A DNA stretch of 64,000 bases. Origin: Takakia lepidozioides. Its lineage: Eukaryota > Plantae > Bryophyta. The first letter of the stretch is position 1. Each line of letters opens with the position of its first letter. Below, piece by piece: positions 9,891 to 21,222 of the stretch. A program made the translations under genes and the position numbers. The notes beneath the pieces are model-generated. The model searched no databases. It saw only the letters and a list, made by a program, of their open reading frames with translations, and had not been told where the DNA came from. The DNA is taken from NCBI GenBank assembly GCA_030704615.1, contig CM060731.1, positions 72,354,001-72,418,000 of the forward strand, read 5' to 3'.

Positions 9891-12800
9891 CATGGGGTCG
9901 GGCAAGCCAAAGCGAAAGCGGAACGGCCCAAAAGATGATGATCCCGGTGAGCCCGATGGGGGCGACGTGTCACCGAGGCGGCCGTTTGAGGAAGCGATGC
10001 ATGTTTCCGAAACGAGGCCGCCCAAGAGCGGGAGGAATCCGAGGAGTCGGAGCCCGAGGAATCCTTGAGAGCTCCGACAACCAAGAGATGCCTCCCATGG
10101 CCGGCACCTTTTGGGAGTTGAAAGACGTGTTGAAGGCGGCTAATGCCACTTCCGCTAAGGCAAAGTTTAAGGTGAAGCCTAAGGAACCCGGCACCTTCGA
10201 GGGCGTCCGAAATCGGAAGGCACTCAACACCTGGCTCTTGGAGCTAGCAGTACTTCCTCCGGGCGGCCCAGTTGAGTGACGAGGATCGGGTGGAAGTGGC
10301 TCCCACCTATTTGAGGGGCTATGCTCAACAATGGTGGCAGAAACGCCTTCACGACCGAGGTCCAAGCCCGGAAACCTTGAACTGGAGTGGGTTCAAGGAA
10401 TTGATGAAGAGACAGTTTGTGCCCCTCAACGCGTCCTGGCTCCCGGGACAAGATGAGGAATTTGAAGCAAACAGATGACATTCGGGGTATGTCCAGGCTT
10501 TCAATGTGCTGTTGCTCGCTCGAAGTCGCGGACATGGCAGAACCAGAAATGGTCTTCAACTTTGTGGCGGGACTGGCCCCATGGGCCAGGCGGAAGTTGG
10601 AGGAGAAGCCACCCAAGACTTTGAACGAGGCAATTGAGAGGGCTGAATGTTTCTCAGATGTCCCTAGGGGTGAAAGACAAGGCCGTACGGAGCTGAACCA
10701 CAAGAAGATTCGGCGGGAAGGTGACTCCTTCCGACCGGAAAAGAAGTGGGATAGGCCACGCGGCGAAAATGGCACGTGGAAATCGAAGGGAGGGCCTTCA
10801 CACGTCAAGGCGGCACCCGGTGCTTCGAAAGGAAAAGCGGGTGGAGCGGCTTTATGGCGGACAGAAGGCGACCTTTGATGGAGTGTGTTTCAATTGCGGG
10901 GAGCCCGGGCACATGGCCAAGAAGTGCACGAAGCCCTGCAATTGAACATGACTCGGGCGACCACGGAGCTGTCGGAAGATACCATCAGTCGCTTGGTGGA
11001 AGCGGTGGTCGCCAGGACTTGCAAGGTAGGCAAATTTTCTTGTGAGTTGTATCAGGAAACTGGCGCCTTACGAAAAGGGAGTCAGTTATTGTTCGTGGAT
11101 GGGATAATATCCGGAACTAATGTGTCGTTGTTGGTGGACACAGGAGCGTCGCACTCCTTCATGACACCCGGCAACGGCACAAAAGCTGGGACTCCCGACA
11201 AGTGACGTGGGGGCTCTATTGAGGTGCGTTCTGCCAAAGGAGAACACAGTTGGCGACAAGGTTGGCGATTGATGTTCCTCTTCAACTGGGGAGTTGGGAG
11301 GGACGTGAGAACTTCACCATCTGCGAGATCGATGGAGTGGATCTCATTTTGGGGATGACCTTTTTGAGCAAATCCGGAGCGGTCATAGATGGCCGCAAGA
11401 GAGTAGTCACGCTGCCATGTGGGAATGGTGGCGAGGTTTTACGAGTGTCTGAAACGCCCAAATCCGTGGGAGGGCGAATAAACCTTCTGTCAGCAAAGGA
11501 GTGGGCCGTGGAGGAGGCACACGAGCCCCAGTTTTTGCTTTACATTAGAGAAGTGAAAGGAGAAGGCGATGGGGAGCCGAGCCCAGATTGGATCAAGGGG
11601 ATTTTGGAGAAATACCAGGATGTGATGCCGGAGGATTTACCAAGCGGCTTGCCACCGCGAAGAAGAGTTGACCACAAGATTGAGGTGATACCGGGATCGG
11701 AACCGCCTGCCAAGGCGCCCTACCGGTTGAGCCACAGAGAGTTGGTCGAGCTGAAGACTCAGCTCAAGGATCTAATGTCAAAGGGGTACATCCGGCCGAG
11801 TAAGTCACCTTACGGAGCCCCGGTGCTATTTGCAGACAAGAAGGATGGGACGCTGCGGATGTGTGTCGATTAGGGCTCTGAATAAGGTGACTATCAAAAC
11901 CGGTACCCTTTGCCAAGGATCGACGACCTCTTCGATCGGTTGGCAGGAGCGAAGTATTTCAGCCGGATCGACTTGCGCTCCGGCTATCACCAAATTCGGG
12001 TGGCGGAAGGAGATGAGGAGAAGACCGCGTGCAGGACAAGGTATGGTTCATATGAGTTCTTGGTGATGCTTTTGGGCTCACCAATGCACCCAGCGACTTT
12101 AGCACGCTGATGAACAGCCTTTTCCAGGAGTGGTTGGATGACTTGGTGATCGTGTACATCGACGACATCTTGGTGTACTCGAAAACAAAGGAGGAGCACC
12201 TGGAGCACCTCAAAAGGGTGTTCCAAAATTGCGGGAAGGGAAGCTGTACGCCAAAGCTTCAAAGTGCGAATTCGGGGTCACAAAAGTGGAGTTCTTGGGG
12301 CATGTGATTACACAGGATGGGATCAAAATGGATGACAGAAAGGTGAGGGCGATCTTGGACTGGGAGCCTCCGACTTCGGTCCCGGGAGTGCGATCCTTCC
12401 TAGGACTCGCCTCCTATTACCGGAAGTATGTGAGAAATTTTGCCAAGATCGCGGGGCCGCTGTCGGACCTTCTGTGTAAATCCAAAGTCTGGGTATGGAA
12501 CACTTTTTGTCCAAGCTTTTGCTGAATTGAAGCAGCGGATGACGGAAGCTCCAGTCTTGAAAATCCCGGAGTTCGATCGTCCGTTTGAGATTCATACAGA
12601 TGCATCGGACTTCGCGATTGGGGGTGTACTTATGCAAGATGGACGTCCAGTGGCTTACGAAAGTAAGAAACTGAATGAAGTGGAGCGACGGTGGCCGACG
12701 CACGAAAAGAGATGAAGGCGGTGGTGCATTGCCTTGAGCTTTGGCGCCACTATGTTTGTTTCCAACCCAGTGAAGGTGTTCACGGACAATGTCACGGTGA

Positions 12801-14420
12801 AGTATTTTGCCACGCAGCCCAAGTTGTCCCCAAAACAACTTAGGTGGCAAGATACTTTGGCAGTGTTCGACGTGGATATCCAGTACAAACCGGGACGGGA
12901 CAATGTGGTGGCCGATGCTTTAAGTAGAAAGCAGCAGCTCTTGTTGGTGTACAAGGGCGAGACGGCGCTCCAAAGGAAGATCCGGAAGGCTTGCCGGAAG
13001 GATGAGCTGGCAAAGTCCGTGATGCAGGACTTGATATGGGGTTAAATCGCAGTTCCACTTGCAAAATGGACTGCTCCGGTATAAGCAAAAACGTCTCTAC
13101 GTGCCGAAGGGAGGGATCAGAGATAGCCTCTTGAGAGAATGCCATGATAGCCCGCTTGCGGGCCACGGCGGAGCCAAGCGCACTGCGGCACTCCTGAAGA
13201 AAGAGTATTTCTGGCCCAAACTGAGGGAGGAGGCAGAGGAGTATGTCAAGACATGCACCACATGCCAACAAAACCGGAGCGAGTACAAAAAGCAAGCGGG
13301 CTGTTACAACCCTTGCCGATTCCAGAGGGGACTTGGGAAAGCGTCTCGATGGATTTCATGACTGCTATGCCGCTGTCAAAAGGATTCGATGCAATCATGG
13401 TGGTGGTGGATAGGTTCAGTAAAATGGGCCATTTCATCCTCACCAAGGAGACGGCAACGGCGCAGGAGACAGGGCGACTTTACTTCGCCCACGTCTTAAA
13501 GCATCATGGAGTCCCGAAGGATATTGTCTCGGACGCGATCCAAGTTTACGAGTAAATTTTGGAGGACACTTTGGAAGAAGATGGGGACGAGGCTGAAGAT
13601 GAGCACCGCCTTCCGACCTACGACGGACGGCCAAACGGAAAGAGTGAATTCCGTAGTGAAGCAATTCTTGCGGAATTACGTGTCGGCAGACCAATCAGAC
13701 TGGATGGAACACTTAGACGTGGCAGAGTTCTGTTATAATAACACAAAACACTCCGCAACGGGAGTTTCCCCTTTCGTATTGGTCTATGGAAAAGCACCTC
13801 TGGTGCCGACAAGTTGGGCCGCCCAAGACGTTGAGGAACCGGCAGTAGCGGCGGTACTGGAAGAACGCGAGCGTTTGTTGAAGCTCGCAAAGTACAATAT
13901 TGCCAAAGCTAGGAAACGGTATGAAAGGCAGGCGAATCGGAAGCGGAGGGAAGTGAAGTTTGAGGCAGGCACAAAGGTCTGGTTGAACATCAAGAATTTC
14001 CGACTACCTCCGGAAGTGAGTCCGAAGTTCGTACCTCCGTATGCGGGACCCTTTCGCATTCGGAAGGTTATGAATGAGGATGTGTATGAATTGGAGCTGC
14101 CGGCAAACAACAAGGTGCACCCAGTATTCCATGTCTCCCTTTTGAAACCTTACTTCAAAGATGAAACGCGTCCGAATCGGCATCAAGTGTTGCGTCCGCC
14201 ACCTATGCTGTTGGATCATGAAAATGAACCTGAGTACGAGGTGGAGGCAATACTTAAGTCGAGGAGGTTCAAGAACCGAGAAACGAAGTATCTCGTCAAA
14301 TGGAAGGGCTATCATCATGTGGAGCATCTTGGGTGCGTGCCTCAGAAATGGGAAACACATCCGAGGCGGTTGCAGCTTTCGAAAGGCGACCTCAAAAGCG
14401 GAAGAAGCGTTGATGGGGAC
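9891..14420 (+). pseudogene. gag-pol polyprotein, broken by many frameshifts as assembled
   Basis: Gag PKEPGTFEG; knuckle CFNCGEPGHMAKKC; protease LVDTGASHSF; [10 protein letters not shown] and VYIDDILVYS; RNase H HTDASDFAIGGVL; integrase CHDSPLAGH..CTTC, SMDF, DGQTER, PYAGPF; chromodomain EYEVEAILKSR..YLVKWKGY. Confidence 0.93.
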
Positions 14421-15317
14421 ATCAACCTTGGAGCGTGGGGGAGGAAATGCATGCTTAGCCCGGTTTAGCTAGCTCAGGAATCCGATTGCAAAACTTGTAT
14501 TGTACAAAAATTTGTTATAAAGGAAATGGGTTCCAAATATTGTGCGTCCTATTGTGTTTGGAATGGTGATGCATGGTATGGTTGGCTAGTGTGTAGAATG
14601 CATGCTAGCTTATAAAAGTGGGAGAGGTAAATTGGGTTAATCGTGTGTTTGCGTAGTGCCGAAATCGGGTGACCCCCATCCAAGGGGCAAGGAAACTTGC
14701 GACTTCTTTGGGAGTTCACGTGCTAGTGCGCACCTGGCGCGTGCGCGTACTATAACTGCGCTACCGAGGGGGTTGCCTTGTAGTGCGGGCTAACGCGGAA
14801 GCTATGTGCTTCCGTTCACGTACTATAATCGTGTAGCCTCGGGACGAAGTCGTAATGCGGCTTCGGCGTGTTTCCGTACCTCAGGCCAGCATTCCAAGGC
14901 GGACCCAATTGTAGTGATTGGGGCGCACGGTTGGTTCAAGGTTATCTTCCTAGTCAAAGAGGGTTCCAGGGAATCCTTGCTCAAGGTGATGCCAAAAGTG
15001 GCATCATGAGCAGTCGCAAGCAATGTTGTTGCAGTAAGGCGATTCGATCCTCGGGGAGGATCGTTCCTTGGCCTTGAAGAAGGCCAAGAAGAGTGCACTG
15101 GGAGGAGCTGGAGAGGCTCCACCCTTGGCCGGGACTTGGAGGAAGTCGGCCGAACTAGCTAGTGGAGAGTAGAGTCAAGTGTGGGGTTTGGTTCTTTGCC
15201 ATGGGACGCCATGGTACAGAAACAAACTCCTTGATGTGGGACGCCACAACTTGGATGTTCGTTTCTACAAAATAGACAAGTCGATGAGGACATCGACTCC
15301 CTGTTGGTAGGGGTGTG

Positions 15318-16044
15318 CGTCGCGGCCCTTTGCCTTGAGGGCAGGGGGTCGGGACACATGATGGGCTGTCCCTGTGGTGGGGGCAGCGGCAGCGATAGGT
15401 ATGGGGGGGCTGAAGCACCCTTGAGTGCCCAAGGCACTCAGGGAAGCGGAGGCGCTCACTAGGTGGAGCCCCGCACACCGGGTTGCGGTGGGGGTGGCTC
15501 CACAAGGGGTGGTGGTAGCTTAGTGGGACTTAGTGGGGGTGGCATAGGACTCACCATGGGGGCGGATACCTCGTGGTGGGAGTCGTGGGGAGTCTTGGGA
15601 CTCATCACGGTCCATAGGGGCCGTGGTGAGCGGGCCAAGACACACCGCGACTCACCACCGGGAATCGAGGGTCTTCGTGGTGGTTCGCCATAAAATGGCA
15701 TGGCTGGTTGTGAAACCCCCGCGGACAGCTACAGAAGTATATATAGGGAGTAGTAACCCCGAGAACGGTGCAAGCCCGTTGGTGACCAAAAACTAGTAAG
15801 TAAGCGAGCGAGCCGGAAAGCGACCAAAGAGTGGGGAGCTGTTCCGGACTGCCATCTACCAAAGGGAATTCCACTAGGCCCAAATAGGTGGAGGGTCTTT
15901 CGGGGGAGCGAAGGGGGACCATTATGTCCCAGTGAGCAGCCGAAGCTCCAAGTTGGCCCGGCGGCCGGTTGGGAGTCAGGCGCGCGCATCAAAGCGAGTA
16001 ACTATGACTTGAGGGGGGAGCTTACCGAAGTGAGGTGCGCGACA
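15318..16044 (+). repeat. 3' LTR (begins CG rather than TG)
   Basis: Copy of 9119-9836, preceded by a weak purine-rich tract (GGTAGGGG). Confidence 0.95.
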
Positions 16045-16049
16045 ACGGA

Positions 16050-16320
16050 TCTGCAATATGGGTTGATAAATCCTCACATGCGGATAGCAAGGATAAGCTG
16101 TGCATATTTTTGGCGTTTTTCGAGGATAGAGGAGCTGGGAGAGCGGTCGTGGCAATATGTAAATTCTATGAAATGGATGGTGTAAGCAGGGGACGGTTCA
16201 GTGGGTGGGAGAGCGTTAGTGGGAAGTCCCTGGACTAGAAGGATATCCAGGCAGAGTCGGGCAGGGCATTTGCAGGGTGAGTGAGGACTGCAATTACAGG
16301 GAAGCAGCCAAGGTGGCTCA
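16050..16320 (-). mobile_element. Remnant of a restriction-like endonuclease (PD-(D/E)xK) domain of an RLE-type, Dualen/RandI-like, non-LTR retrotransposon
   Basis: Minus strand reads PPWLLPCNCSPHSPCKCPARLCLDILLVQG...TIHFIEFTYCHDRSPSSSILEKRQKYAQL. Confidence 0.7.
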
Positions 16321-16379
16321 GCCTAAATTTTTTGAAAGCTGGTGAACAGAAATGCAGGGACTATGTCCTAGATGGTCCT

Positions 16380-16770
16380 GAAGATGAAGCTCTCTATGAA
16401 AATACTTTTCTGCTTCTTTGTGTGGTTCAAAGGTAGACTCCCTACAACATCCCGAGTCTAAATTTCAGAGTATCACTCACTAGTGACAAAGACCTTCATG
16501 AGGTTATCTCACCCGTGTCACAAACTGGAAAAATGTTCTGGGAAGTTTTATGTTATATGAAAAAGAGAATCTACTCAGAATGTATTCACATAGGGCCCAC
16601 CCCTGAAAAGGGGCAGTAGCCGCAAGGTGAAGTGGCTCTTAGTTACGCCGACTTTGACCGGAGTCTTCTCTCTCTCTGTACTCATAAGACACTATTTGTC
16701 GTAGCCTTGTGGGCCATGGATCCAGTGCCCAGTTTGAACACAAAGCAATATAAACTACCTTTTGTCAAGG
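16380..16770 (-). mobile_element. Decayed LINE fragment, same family as 6200-6800
   Basis: Shared blocks such as GTTCAAAGGTAG, CTAAATTTCAG, CCCxTGTCACA.ACTGGAAA and GTAGCCTTGTGG.CCAT.GA.CC..AG. Confidence 0.55.
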
Positions 16771-17364
16771 GCTGATGCAAGATAATAATTCCGCATAATG
16801 CTAGAGGTAGTATACAAAAAATGCTGAAAGATTATAATTCACTGGCAACAGTTTCAGGAACTTGGGAAAGTTGCCTGCAAGCTGACACAAGCTTTGCAAA
16901 TAGAAGCAAACGTGCCTTGGTTTGACCTCACGTCTATCCGCACCAAAATTTGCTGATAGGTTTCCCAAGCTTTTGTCTCATGCACCCATACTAGGTATGT
17001 CCTGCAATCATCACATTTTATGACACTACATCTCGTTTAGCCATATTGACAAACACTCCCTTTGCATCCTTGATGCTCACACCAATTCCTCAAAAAATAT
17101 ATAATTATTTTTTAAAGAACATTAAAAAAAAATTAAAAAAAAATCATGCTAGATGTCGCCCTGCGTTGCGCCATGCCTAGTTATCATTCCTGATGTGACG
17201 TGGCGCTGACACGTCTGACGTGTGTCATGTCGAAACCCGACGTTTATCCATGTATTTTTTTAATTTAACTTTTACGATTTACTTCTACCATTTCTAATGA
17301 CATGGCAGCCACGGTGTAAAACACACGCGGTAAATTATTAATATTTAGTATTTCTTAAAAAAAT

Positions 17365-18325
17365 GCGATTGCCCATACTGGTGGTCGCTTACTATTTGTT
17401 ATTTTTTAAATGAAGAGATTGCTATTGGTGGTCACTTCTCATTGTTTAAAAAAAAAATGAAGCATTTCTTATTTAGAAAATTTAGCGACCGCCGTGTGGC
17501 GGTCGCACTTATTCCCTAATTTGGGTTTTTTCTTAAGAAATAAAGCGACCGCAACAAAGGCGGTCGCTCCTTTTTGTATATTAAAAATATTACACGACCA
17601 CCAAGTGGTGATCGCTTCTTTTAATTATTTTTTATAAATAAAGCGACCTTCGTGTGGCGGTCGCTTCTTTAATATTTTAAAAACAAATGCAGCGACCCGC
17701 TAGGAGGCGGTCGCTATTTTTGGTTTTTTTCAATATAGCGACCAAAATGCGACGATTGTGTCGTTTTTTTGGATTTTATTAAGAAATGAAGCGACCGCCA
17801 CAAGGACGGTCGCTCCTTTTTGTATATTAAAATTACGCGACCGCCAAGTGGTAGTCGCTTCTTTTTATTTTATTTTTAAAAATAAGTGACCATCGTAAGG
17901 CAGTCGATTTTTTTTTTCCATAAATAAAGCGATCGCCGTGCTTCTTCAATATTTAAGAAAAAAATGCAGCGGCCGCCAAGAGGCGTCGCAATTTTATAAA
18001 ATATATATATATATATATATAGCGACCGCCATGCGGCGGAAATGAAGCGATTGCCACAAGGGCGGTCGCTCTTTTTTGTGTATTAAAAATACTACGCGAC
18101 CGCCCAGTTGCGATCGTTTTTTTTTTTGTTTTTGTTTTTGTTTTCTTAAATAAATATACCGCCGTGTGGCGGTCGTTTCTTTAAAGTTTAAAAAAAAACA
18201 CAGCAACCGCCTTGTGGCAGTCGCCATTTAAAAAAACAAAAAACAAAACAACCGCCATGCGACGGTCGTGTCGTTTTTTTTTTTTTAATAAAAATACAGC
18301 GACCCGCCGTGTGGCGGTTGTTTTT
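17365..18325. repeat. Array of ~20 GC-rich palindromes (GCGACCGCC-N4/5-GGCGGTCGC) with A/T-rich spacers; ~49-bp period, ~250-bp higher-order unit
   Basis: Copies near 17485, 17544, 17594, 17642, 17691, 17790, 17837, 17886, 18046, 18095, 18158, 18202 and 18298, among others. Confidence 0.9.
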
Positions 18326-19099
18326 TTTTGTTTTTTAAAAGCATCAAGCGGCGCCTCGCCACGTGGCGAGGCGCCACTTGTCAGGAAAAAAAGAAACACA
18401 TGGAGAGGGGGGGGGGCGGGCAGCGGATTTGAACCCGTGACCTTGCCAATGGCGGACTGGTCTGCCGCGCCGCGCCGACACGTGGCGAGGCGCCATTGGG
18501 CAGTCGCACCTTTTCATGCAAAATGCTATTTTGGGGGGGGGGGGGGGGGTATATGAACCATTCCCCCTCCCTATCTGATCACTTTTACCCCTCTCGTGGA
18601 GCGGTTCTTTGACATCATGTAGTCCTTTCGGACTTTGTTGCTTCGCACTGCTAGCGGGAAGTGCAAAGGTGATTATTGGGGGGGGGGGGGGGGGGGGAGA
18701 GGGTTTTGTCGGTTTTTTATTGGTCGTTCCCACACCCTTGTTCTATGTTTTATCATCCTAGCACCATTTTGCCATTTTCGGATCTACTGTGACCTGTTTT
18801 TGCAGAAACAACGAAGATACCATCCACACACGTCCATTACCATTTTTTAGGTTTTGTCCCTTGTAGTGGGCAACGGTTTATACAATGTCAAGGGTCCTGA
18901 ACTCAAGTTCTGGGGCGGGGTCGTGTTGGGGGTCGGAGGAAGAAAAAAAAAACCCACGAGCAGGAGAGCCAGGTCAACAGACAAGACTACCCGGGACCGG
19001 ACGCCTTGGATAGGGTGAAACAAGTGGTAGTTGATTATTTTAGGAGTAGGGACATGATGAGGCTGGAGAGTGCTTATGTCCGACATGGATGGGAGGGAT

Positions 19100-20270
19100 T
19101 TCGTCTTTTCAGTTGAATATGGAGAGGAAAATGAATGACGTTTTGGTTGGGGATAAGTGGACGGTGGACAAGGTCAAACTGAATTTCAATCGGTGGATCG
19201 AAAGCAGGGCGAAAAACGCCACGTGGAATTAGAGGCAGCTAATGAGGACATGAAAGGGTAAAACAATCGATGGTCGGGTGCATTCAGCCGAAGCTGAGTT
19301 AATGCGACGTATCGAGTATTGGGCACACTTGACAAGTCAGAATACACATTGCCGGACTAGGTTAGTCTCTTGGAAGGCGAGGTCATCAGGCGGGGGGGAC
19401 ACGATTTCTCTTATTTACGAGAACACAAGTACGACGGTGGAACAAATTGGCCCTTACAAATAAGGAGGGTATGCTAGGGTCCCTCACTGTAGGATTGTTG
19501 GCGATTCGCAAATACCGGAGCATTGGGAGCTAGCGGAAAAAAAACCCAAGTCCGAAAATCCAGAAAAGGTGCTGAGACAACATAACGACGAGTGTTTGGC
19601 AATGAAGTTCCAGTATTTTGCTTTGAATGCATGTGAGGTAGAGGGTTACACTCGCTGGTGGAATGAGGGAACAATACGCGAGATGATGAACCTTGACAGA
19701 AAATGGGGCAACGATTGGGACAACATGGAGGATGTGGGAAAAAAAAGAACGGAAGAAGAGTTCCAGAAACCAATCGTTTGCTTCATTTCCGGAAAGTGCG
19801 CAGTAAACTTGCATGGGCACTGATGTGCATCATGGATGCTGTTCATAAGAACGGTGTTATCCACGACTTGTCTCTTGACAACATCTTGCTGCATTTTCCA
19901 AATGGCACCGAGGAAATTAAGATTGGGGTGTGTGATTGGGGCTTAGCCACCCCATTGGAGATACGGAAAGCCTCGCCATACTAGTTTGAAAACAAAGACA
20001 AGATGGACCGGAAACTCGCGAAAAGATGGTGGGTGAAAAAAGATATTGCGTCGGTTTTTAATGTGGAACCCCCCCCCCCCGACATGATGTCGGAGGCCTT
20101 TGCCGTTTGGAAGATAGCGGTACGAATAAATGGCAGTTCTCATTATGATGCCAATATGTTCGAGGACCAATCTACGGGATGTTGTTGGGATTCAATCCTA
20201 CGAAGGTTGTATGACGACGACAAGAAAGAAAGAGTTACATTAGTCCACGTAGTACACCAACAAACATTAG
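19100..20270 (+). pseudogene. Intronless, disrupted Ser/Thr protein kinase-like pseudogene
   Basis: Kinase subdomains in order: GPYK*GGYARV (Gly loop), ELAEKK, ECLAM, YTRWWNEG, VIHDLSLDNILLH (catalytic loop), IGVCDWGLA (DFG equivalent). Stops and frameshifts are present. Confidence 0.75.
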
Positions 20271-20404
20271 ATCATTTCAGAAGCGCTTCAAGTAACGAAC
20301 GAAATGGTTCATCTGACATCATCCAAATGTTGAACATGCTGAGGTCGTCTGTAATGTGTTCTTCATAATGCAGTGCTTCTCTAGCTTTTATTTTTCCAAT
20401 TTGA

Positions 20405-20575
20405 TGACATTCTGGATCTGGAAGAGATCCAGACATGTATAGAAATCCTTAAAAAAACCAAATAACCATCAAAATTTGAAGCTGGGGTCCGGGGATGAGG
20501 ATTCAAATTTTGAAGGTTATTTGGTTTTTTAGGATTTATATACACGTGTAGATCTCTTCCAGATCGAGAATGTCA
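20405..20575. repeat. Long foldback hairpin (~75-bp arms), copy 1
   Basis: TGACATTCTGGATCTGGAAGAGATC...TTTGAA / TTCAAA...GATCTCTTCCAGATCGAGAATGTCA. Confidence 0.85.
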
Positions 20576-20904
20576 CCAAAAAGAGGACATGGAGAAACAC
20601 AAAAAAAAAGCTTCAAAAGGCAGGGCACCCATGAAAGGAGCTTGATCAATGGGCGATCGAATCATTCAATGGGCGATCGGATGATTGACCATCCTACTGG
20701 ATTTTTTTTGCTTTAACTTTGTCACTATGTTCAACATACCATGTAACATGTCCCGGTACGAGATCAATGTGGCCTATGGGGAGACATAATAGACAGACGA
20801 GGACGCATTAACTTGCACCAACAAACATGAGATCAATGTTGGAAGCGCTTCAAGTGACGAACGAAATGGTTCATCATCCAAATGTTCAACATGCTGAAGA
20901 CTTC

Positions 20905-21181
20905 TGTAATGTCTCTTGCTTCGTAATGAGGTGCTTCTCCAGCTCTTCTTTTTTAAATCTAGTGATGTCTCGATCTGGAACAGATCCACACATGTGTATA
21001 GAAATCTTTAAAAAACCGAATGACCATCGAAATTTGAAGTTGGGATGAGGCTTCAAGTTTTGATGGTCACTTGGTTTTTGAAGGATTTATGTATTTGCAT
21101 CCGTGACTCTAATCTAGGTCGAGAATATCACCATAAAGAGGGCATGGAAAAGCACCGCATTTCGAAGCAGAAGATACTACA
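20905..21181. repeat. Foldback hairpin copy 2 (longer arms), part of a ~560-bp tandem duplication starting at ~20280 and ~20842
   Basis: GCTTCGTAATGAGGTGCTTCTCCA pairs with TGGAAAAGCACCGCATTTCGAAGC around the same inner hairpin. Confidence 0.75.
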
Positions 21182-21222
21182 AAAAGAGCTTTAAATGGCA
21201 AGACACCCTTGAAATGAGCTTC

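Larger units (their letters stand above)
9119..16044 (+). mobile_element. Full-length Ty3/gypsy chromovirus LTR retrotransposon (~6.9 kb)
   Basis: Paired LTRs with TGTCGCG...CGCGACA termini, 5-bp TSD ACGGA (9114-9118 and 16045-16049), PBS, and gag-PR-RT-RH-INT-chromodomain order. Confidence 0.97.

Noticed and set aside
14650-15300. Hammerhead ribozyme / retrozyme
   Set aside because: No CUGANGA...GAAA core with flanking helices found by eye.
17365-18325. CRISPR array
   Set aside because: Spacers are low-complexity A/T runs that recur in a higher-order pattern, repeats are degenerate, no cas genes are present, and the context is eukaryotic.
18415-18460. tRNA/SINE on the minus strand (GGTTCAAATCC B-box)
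   Set aside because: No A-box, cloverleaf, tail or TSD; an isolated motif.
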